Source of the DNA: Eledone cirrhosa
Lineage: Eukaryota
Direction: 5' to 3'
Length of the DNA stretch: 64,000 bases
Assembly (NCBI GenBank): GCA_964016885.1
Contig: OZ024755.1
Location: 24,552,001 to 24,616,000 of the forward strand
Part shown: positions 56,900-64,000 of the stretch, piece after piece
How positions within the stretch are numbered: the stretch's first letter is position 1
How the letters are laid out: every line of letters begins with the position of its first letter
The notes under the pieces: generated by a model
Database searches by the model: none
What the model was told of the DNA's origin: nothing
Seen by the model: only the letters and a program-made list of their open reading frames with translations
Program-made: the position numbers and the translations under genes

Positions 56900-57112
56900 A
56901 TCGACAATCGACCGACAAGATCCCAGATCTTGTCAAATCGAACCGAGGAAACAATGTTTCCATTAGTCTTTTTAATTGCTAATACTATGCACCGGTTGCA
57001 AATCTAGGCAGAAAGAACAACGTGAAAAATAAAGTGTCTTGCTCAAGGACATAACGCATCGCCCGGTCCGGGAATCAAACTCACAACCTCACGATTCTCT
57101 AACCATTCAGTC
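56900..57112 (-). mobile_element. tRNA-derived SINE (TA-abutting family)
   Basis: Matches 7776-7992. Confidence 0.75.
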
Positions 57113-57116
57113 ACAC

Positions 57117-57203
<87 letters not shown>

Positions 57204-57603
57204 ACACACCACACACACACACACCCACACACTATATATATATATATATATATATATAGTGTACATCTGCATATTCCATCTCCCAAATTCCATAAAAAGC
57301 ATTGGTTGACATGTGACTATAGTAGAAAACACTTGCCAAATGTGCGCTACGCTATGCGACTGAATACAGAACCATGTGGTAGCGAGGCGAAGTACTTAAC
57401 CTCAAATATATGGCTGCACATGTGTGTATTTTAGGTTGTACTCCCAGATACCTAGTGCCAAGCGTGGGTTCTCAGATGCCTTCCAACTCTGTTGTCAGTT
57501 ATGTGTGGAATGTTACATTGAACAACTTGCCAAAGGATACATCTCTCTCCCCATAACTCTCTCCATAATATATATATATGTGTGTGTGTGTCTGTGTGTG
57601 TGG

Positions 57604-57642
<39 letters not shown>

Positions 57643-57648
57643 GATATA

Positions 57649-57722
<74 letters not shown>

Positions 57723-57786
57723 CACATACATATACACACACACATATATATATATGTGTGTGTGTGTATGTATATACACATATACA

Positions 57787-57845
<59 letters not shown>

Positions 57846-57851
57846 CCACAC

Positions 57852-57883
<32 letters not shown>

Positions 57884-57903
57884 ACACACATATATATACA
57901 CAC

Positions 57904-57950
<47 letters not shown>

Positions 57951-58041
57951 TACATATATATATATATATATACGCACATATATATATATATATATATACA
58001 CACACATATATATATACACACACACACACACATATATATAT

Positions 58042-58109
<68 letters not shown>

Positions 58110-58114
<5 letters not shown>

Positions 58115-59107
58115 TATACATGCTATATTTATATCAACATCTATACTATATTTATATGAACATCAATACTTTATACCAACATCAATACTATATATATACC
58201 AACATCAATATATATATATATATTAATATACATGCTATATTTATATCAACATCTATACTATATTTATATGAACATCAATACTTTATACCAACATCAATAC
58301 TATATATATACCAACATCAATTCTATAGTTATACCAACATCAATACTATATCTATACCAACACCAATACTTTATACCAACATCAATACTATATTTATACC
58401 AACACCAATACTATATTTATACCAACATCAATACTATATTTATACCAACAACAATACTATATTTATACCAACATCAATACTATATTTATACCAACACCAA
58501 TACTATATTTATACCAACATCAATACTATATTTATACCAACATCAATACTATATTTATACCAACACCAATACTATATTTATATCAACACCAATACTATAT
58601 TTATACCAACATCGATACTATATTTATACCAACATCAATACTATATTTATACCAACATCAATACTATATCTATACCAACACCAATACTTTATACCAACAT
58701 CAATACTATATTTATACCAACACCAATACTATATTTATACCAACATCAATACTATATTTATACCAACATCAATACTATATTTATACCAACACCAATACTA
58801 TATTTATATCAACACCAATACTATATTTATATCAACACCAATACTATATTTATATCAACACCAATACTATATTTATACCAACATCAATACTATATTTATA
58901 TGAACACCAATACTATATTTATACCAACACCAATACTATATGTATACCAACATCAATACTATATTTATACCAACACCAATACTATATTTATACCAACATC
59001 AATACTATATTTATACCAACACCAATACTATATGTATACCAACATCAATACGATATTTATACCAACATCAATACTATATTTATACCAACACCAATACTAT
59101 ATTTATA
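58110..59107. repeat. 23-bp minisatellite, ~40 copies
   Basis: Unit ACCAACATCAATACTATATTTAT. Confidence 0.95.
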
Positions 59108-59284
59108 TGGCAGAACAATGGAAAACGTCTTCATCATCGTCGTTGTCGTTGTTGTTTGTATTACTATGGTTGTTTCTGTTGTTGTTGTTATGTACTGTTG
59201 TTGTTGGTGTCGTTTTTGCTATTGTGAAGGCATTGTATGGGGTGGGGTTTTTCGTGGTTGTGACGGTGATGGTGGCTGTGACGG

Positions 59285-59795
59285 TGTTAGTGTTGGTGGC
59301 TGTGATGGTGTTGGTGGTTGTGATGGTGTTGGTGGTTGTGATGGAGTTGGTGGTGGTGATTGTGTTGGTGGTTGTGGCGGTGTTGGTGGTTGTGGCGGTG
59401 TTGGTGGCTGTGATGGTGTTGGTGGTTGTGATGGTGTTGGTGGTTGTGATGGAGTTGGTGGTGGTGATTGTGTTGGTGGTTGTGGCGGTGTTGGTGGTTG
59501 TGGCGGTGTTGGTGGCTGTGATGGTGTTGGTGGTTGTGATGGTGTTGGTGGTTGTGATGGAGTTGGTGGTGGTGATTGTGTTGGTGGTTGTGGCGGTGTT
59601 GGTGGTTGTGGCGGTGTTGGTGGCTGTGATGGTGTTGGTGGTTGTGATGGTGTTGGTGGTTGTGATGGATTTGGTGGTGGTGATTGTGTTGGTGGTTGTG
59701 GCGGTGTTGGTGGTTGTGGCGGTGTTGGTGGCTGTGATGGTGTTGGTGGTTGCGATGGTGTTGGTAGTTGTGGCGGTGTTGGTGGCTGTGACGGG
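59285..59795. repeat. 18-bp minisatellite with 108-bp higher-order repeat
   Basis: Unit GGTGTTGGTGGTTGTGAT; variant ATGGAGTTGG recurs at 59341, 59449 and 59557. Confidence 0.9.
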
Positions 59796-60289
59796 GTAAC
59801 GGTGGTCGTGGTGATAGTTGTGGTGATGGTGGTAGTTTTGGCGGTGGTTGTGACGGTTGTGGTTGAAGTGACGGTGGTGGTGGTGGTTGTGGCGGCGGCG
59901 TTGGTGGTGGGATGACGGTGGAGGTGATGGTGGTATTGGTTGTTTGTTATTATTTTGATGGAACATTTTTTCATCTTGCATTTCTGTCATTTGGCAAGGA
60001 CATGTTAATTAATGCTACACCCATGCCTGTGCATTTGCATGCCTGACTGCAGAATGTTGCAGCTATAATGCACTGAAGCCCAAATCCCAGGACACCACTT
60101 CCGCTCTCAAGCTATGTCAGCCGTTTTACCCTTTCATTGCCGTATTTTTAATGAAAGACACTCTATAATTTGCAAATCACTTTGAAAATACTCAAGAATT
60201 TGAAGTGATTTAGTAATATGTATTCTCAGTTTTAAGCCGGTACTTGGACCATACCTTAACAAATGTTTCAACATAATTTTGACGCAACA

Positions 60290-60648
60290 ATTGGCAGTAT
60301 CGGTAGAGGGTCGGACGCCTTGCTTTGACGCATAGTGTTACGGCCCTTCCCATTCTGAGTTCAAATCCCGCCGAGGTTAATTTTACCTTTCATCCTTACG
60401 GGGTCGATAAAATAAAGTACCAGTAATGTACTGAGTAATTGCTGGCATTGTGCCAATAGTAGAAACAATTATTAGTTAAATACGGCGGTACTTTACATTC
60501 TGAGTTGAAATCCCGCCGAGGTTAGCTTTGCCTTTCATCCTTACGAGGTCGATAAAACAAAGTACCAGTAATGCACTGGGGTCGATTTGATTGACTTTAC
60601 CTTCCCCTTCAAATTGCTGGCCATGTGCTTAAAATAGAAACCATTATT
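60290..60648 (+). mobile_element. Two tandem main-family SINEs (short variant, then truncated long variant)
   Basis: ATTAGTTAAATA duplicated around the second copy. Confidence 0.85.
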
Positions 60649-61674
60649 AGTTAAATAGGTTTTCAGTGGTTTGGTATCAATAGGATTAAAGGATTACATG
60701 TCTTGATCCCATATCCTGGACAATCTACGGAAGTTCGTGTCCAATATCATTCAGACTGTAAAAGAAAAGGACCTATTTCGTAGGCTATTGTTTAAGGACG
60801 GGCAGGGACAGGGAATTTATTTCATCGTTTCTCCTGTGGAGGGTCTGTGGAAGTGTCTATTGTCAAAATATGACTTATTCGAGAATCCACCTCGGAGAAT
60901 TGGGAACAGCATGACTGGTTCGTACGGTGTTGAGAAGAATTGCCGAGAGAGTTCTGACTAACCAGTTCGAAGGATGAATGAATGATGAAAGGTGTATATT
61001 ATCCCTAGATCTCCGAGAAAACATATATGGAAGGATGGGCGAAACTTGGCAGTAAGTTGGAATATCGAAGAAAGACAAAAAAGAAAACAAAATAAAACCA
61101 ATATTTAGTTGGATGGAATCAGAGATCGCACCACTTAACGTGACTGAGGAAGGTGGTCGTAGAAATTATCTTGCAATCAAAACGACGAGACGATATATAA
61201 GACGTCACACATTCAAACCTATGACAAAGAATCATCTATGCAGTCCTTCGGTCTCCTCTTAACTACAGCCAACTATGCTTGTGACAATAGAGTCACCTAA
61301 TTTCGCTCACAAGGCTTGGTTGAACCAGAGGCTACGGTAAAGACAATTCTTTTCTATTCAGCCTTAACTGTCTATGTGTACACACATAGATAGACATAGC
61401 GTTTGTCAATAAACAAAACAGAAATCAAACAAATAGGATGGCAACGCACTACAAAGACACCAACGCCAATGGCAACAACGACACAAACAACGCCAACAAT
61501 GACATCAAGAACAATAACAACGGCAACACCAGTAACATAACAACGACACCAACAATGACGCCAACAACACATCAATGACAACAACAGAACAATGACAACA
61601 ACACCAACAATCTCCCCAATAACAACACCAGCAACATAACAATGATAACAACAGCAACAACACTTTTAGTTGAA

Positions 61675-62250
61675 AAGGGTTTCGGGGTCGTGTTCAAAAG
61701 TAATGGAAGGCAGGCGGCTGAATTAAGTGCAAGAATTGCTAGAGATGGTGCAGGGATGTGCCAGCTTCAACATTCGGTAATCAAAAGAAGGGAGGTAGGT
61801 GTAAAAGACTAACTCGATATCTTCAATCCAGTACCTGTGGTCATGAATCTTAGGTAATCATCGAAAAAACACGATCGCGAATACAAGCGATCGAAATGGA
61901 ATTCGTTCGAAGGGTCATTGGAATAACGTTACACGATAGAGTGAGTAGCTCGGAGATCAGAGAGTCGCTCCAGGTAGGGCCTCTACTTTTCGGAATTGAG
62001 GGATCATAGTTCGAATACTACGGACGCCTGGCTAGAATGTCTCAGGACAGAATCGCTGGACAAATTTTATGAGCAAATTCAATTGGCAGGAAATCCAGGG
62101 GTAGACTCCGAGCAAGATAGTTTGATAACAACCATGAGCTCGGCTGGTCTCAAGCCGGATATATTGGCGACGATTTCTTCTGACAGGACCTACTGGAAGG
62201 AGTGCTTGAGGACTCTGACCCCACGACATCCCAGGGATATGTGGGTGAAG
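61675..62250 (+). mobile_element. RTE LINE 3' fragment (Expander-like)
   Basis: TRSRIQAIEMEFVRRVIGITLHDRVSSSEIRESLQV...DRTYWKECLRTLTPR. Confidence 0.8.
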
Positions 62251-62622
62251 AATAAGACCAGCACTTCCATCTCTTTCCATCCTCTCCATCCTTCCACAGA
62301 CACAATCACATTCACACATATATATATATAAACATAACCATATATACACACATACACACACATAATATATATATATATATGTGTGTGCGTGTGTGTGCTT
62401 ATATGTATATAAATCTGTGTGTATATATGTATGTGTGTGAGTGTGTGTGTGTGTTGTCTATTCGTGGAAATGTCCAGTCATCTGGGCGTTATTCAGTTCC
62501 ATCTCAATGATTGATTGGTGAATTCCTACATATATTTTGTCATCTATTCTTCCAATATTCAATGTACATGGAAATACTGCGAAATATGAACGTAGACTCA
62601 TATTGCAGTCTGGTTGGAATGC

Positions 62623-62665
<43 letters not shown>

Positions 62666-62667
<2 letters not shown>

Positions 62668-63082
62668 GTAGGAGGTGAGTTTTATTGTAGTACAACAAAG
62701 CAATGCAGATATCGGATAAGAAGCACTCTACAGTTTGTAGAACTGGAGTATAAATAATAAATAAGATCAAAAGATGGTTAAAAGAGTTCCATGTATTTTA
62801 TTATGCGCATTTCAAAAACAAATATCATCATGCAATAACATTTGCGTTTTCGTCAGATAAAATAGGGAGACATGATATGAAGATTAAAACACACTTGTGA
62901 ATAGTGCAGTTTTAAATCAACATATGTTGATTTAAAACTGCACTATTCACAAGTGTGTTTTAATCTTCATATCATGTCTCCCTATTTTATCTGACGAAAA
63001 CGCAAATGTTATTGCATGATGGTATTTGTTTTTGAAATGCGCATAATAAAATACATGAAACTCTTTTAACCATCTTTTGATC

Positions 63083-63090
<8 letters not shown>
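62666..63090 (-). mobile_element. (TA)n-embedded family A element with a 334-bp palindrome
   Basis: Palindrome 62757-63090 centred on CATATG (2 mismatches seen); tail 62756-62666 matches 8665-8757. Confidence 0.9.
62983..63053 (+). ncRNA. Type I hammerhead ribozyme (mirror copy on minus strand 62794-62864)
   Basis: TATTTTAT-CTGACGA-AAACgCAAAT...ATTTGTTTTT-GAA-ATGCGCAT-A-ATAAAATA; stem I extends through CATG/CATG beyond a bulge. Confidence 0.88.
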
Positions 63091-63156
<66 letters not shown>

Positions 63157-63218
63157 ATACTTATCGGTTTCAACACACGATTTCAGATAAAGAATCTTGC
63201 TAAACAAATTCAGAAACG

Positions 63219-63249
<31 letters not shown>

Positions 63250-63252
<3 letters not shown>

Positions 63253-63357
63253 GGTGTCCAAAAAAATGTATACACACTTTGCTTTGATTACCTGTACAGG
63301 CAATATTTATTATTAGAATGCTGTTGAAGTGTGTATACATGTTTGGGGGACACCCTA
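63250..63357. mobile_element. Tc1/mariner-type MITE
   Basis: TIR CAGGGTGTCC..AATGTATACACACTT, TA flanks; inverted relative to 53563-53662. Confidence 0.85.
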
Positions 63358-63399
63358 TATATATATAAACAAAAACAAAAAACACACTTTGTAGCCTAG

Positions 63400-63531
63400 A
63401 GTTAAGTCTAAGTTCAAACCCCGCCGAGGTTAACTTTGCCTTTCATTCTTACGGGGTCGATAAAATAAAGTACCAGTAATACACTGATATAATTTCTGGC
63501 CTTGTGACAAAAGTAGAAACAATTATTATTA
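63400..63531 (+). mobile_element. Main-family SINE, 5'-truncated
   Basis: Family consensus match. Confidence 0.85.
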
Positions 63532-64000
63532 TAACTCGTTTTGTATTGTATATACTGACATATGTCTTGACACAGAAATTTGCACGACGTAATCAACATA
63601 TGGTCACGTCTGGTAACAATCACGTGACACTCTTCGACATCTCGTGACTTCCGTACGAACCGGGATTTTCTGTCGACCTATTACGAAAAACCAGGTAGGT
63701 GAAGATCTCTCTCTCAGTCACACATTTAATGTTAGTGCAATATCTTACTAATGAATTAAAGTTTTTGCTTTTGATCCACGCTGTGCCAAGTGCATATTGT
63801 ATATATATATACCTTGTTTTTTTTTTGGGGGGGGGGGGGGGGGGTCATGATACCAATAAAAACACACGCACCTGTTGGTTTTACTTCAATTTATTATAAA
63901 TTTCCCGTTGGTTGATTTGTTCGATAACCGGATGGTTGTTTCTATATTATCAAAAGCTCGTTCGTCACACATTCTGTGACTGGGTTTTTATTTTGTGTCT

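Noticed and set aside
57424-59799. 791-aa ORF
   Set aside because: Runs through a microsatellite, a 23-bp and an 18-bp minisatellite; no domain content.

Overview
Eukaryotic, very AT-rich and microsatellite-dense non-coding DNA. The repeat content (tRNA-derived SINEs, RTE LINEs, long (TA)n/(CA)n/(GATA)n tracts) suggests an octopus or other mollusc, which is inference. Almost all listed ORFs are simple-repeat artefacts. No complete gene was found; one candidate spliced coding exon lies at 36078-36202. Recognisable debris includes RTE, Tx1-like and CRE-like LINE fragments, a decayed mariner, Tc1- and hAT-type MITEs, several SINE families and many minisatellites. The main signal is about a dozen short (85-550 bp) non-coding inserts, mostly unrelated in sequence, that sit inside (TA)n tracts. 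Most share one architecture: (TA)n - antisense arm - fold-back - sense arm - 3' tail - (TA)n. Most carry a type I hammerhead ribozyme (complete, half or decayed). Most also carry a second conserved, bulged ACTC...GAGT hairpin just downstream of the point where the inverted arm starts. This looks like a (TA)n-targeted, twin-primed, Penelope-like/retrozyme-type non-autonomous system. One copy has (TTAGGG)3 at its fold-back junction. All pairings and coordinates were read by eye, not computed.
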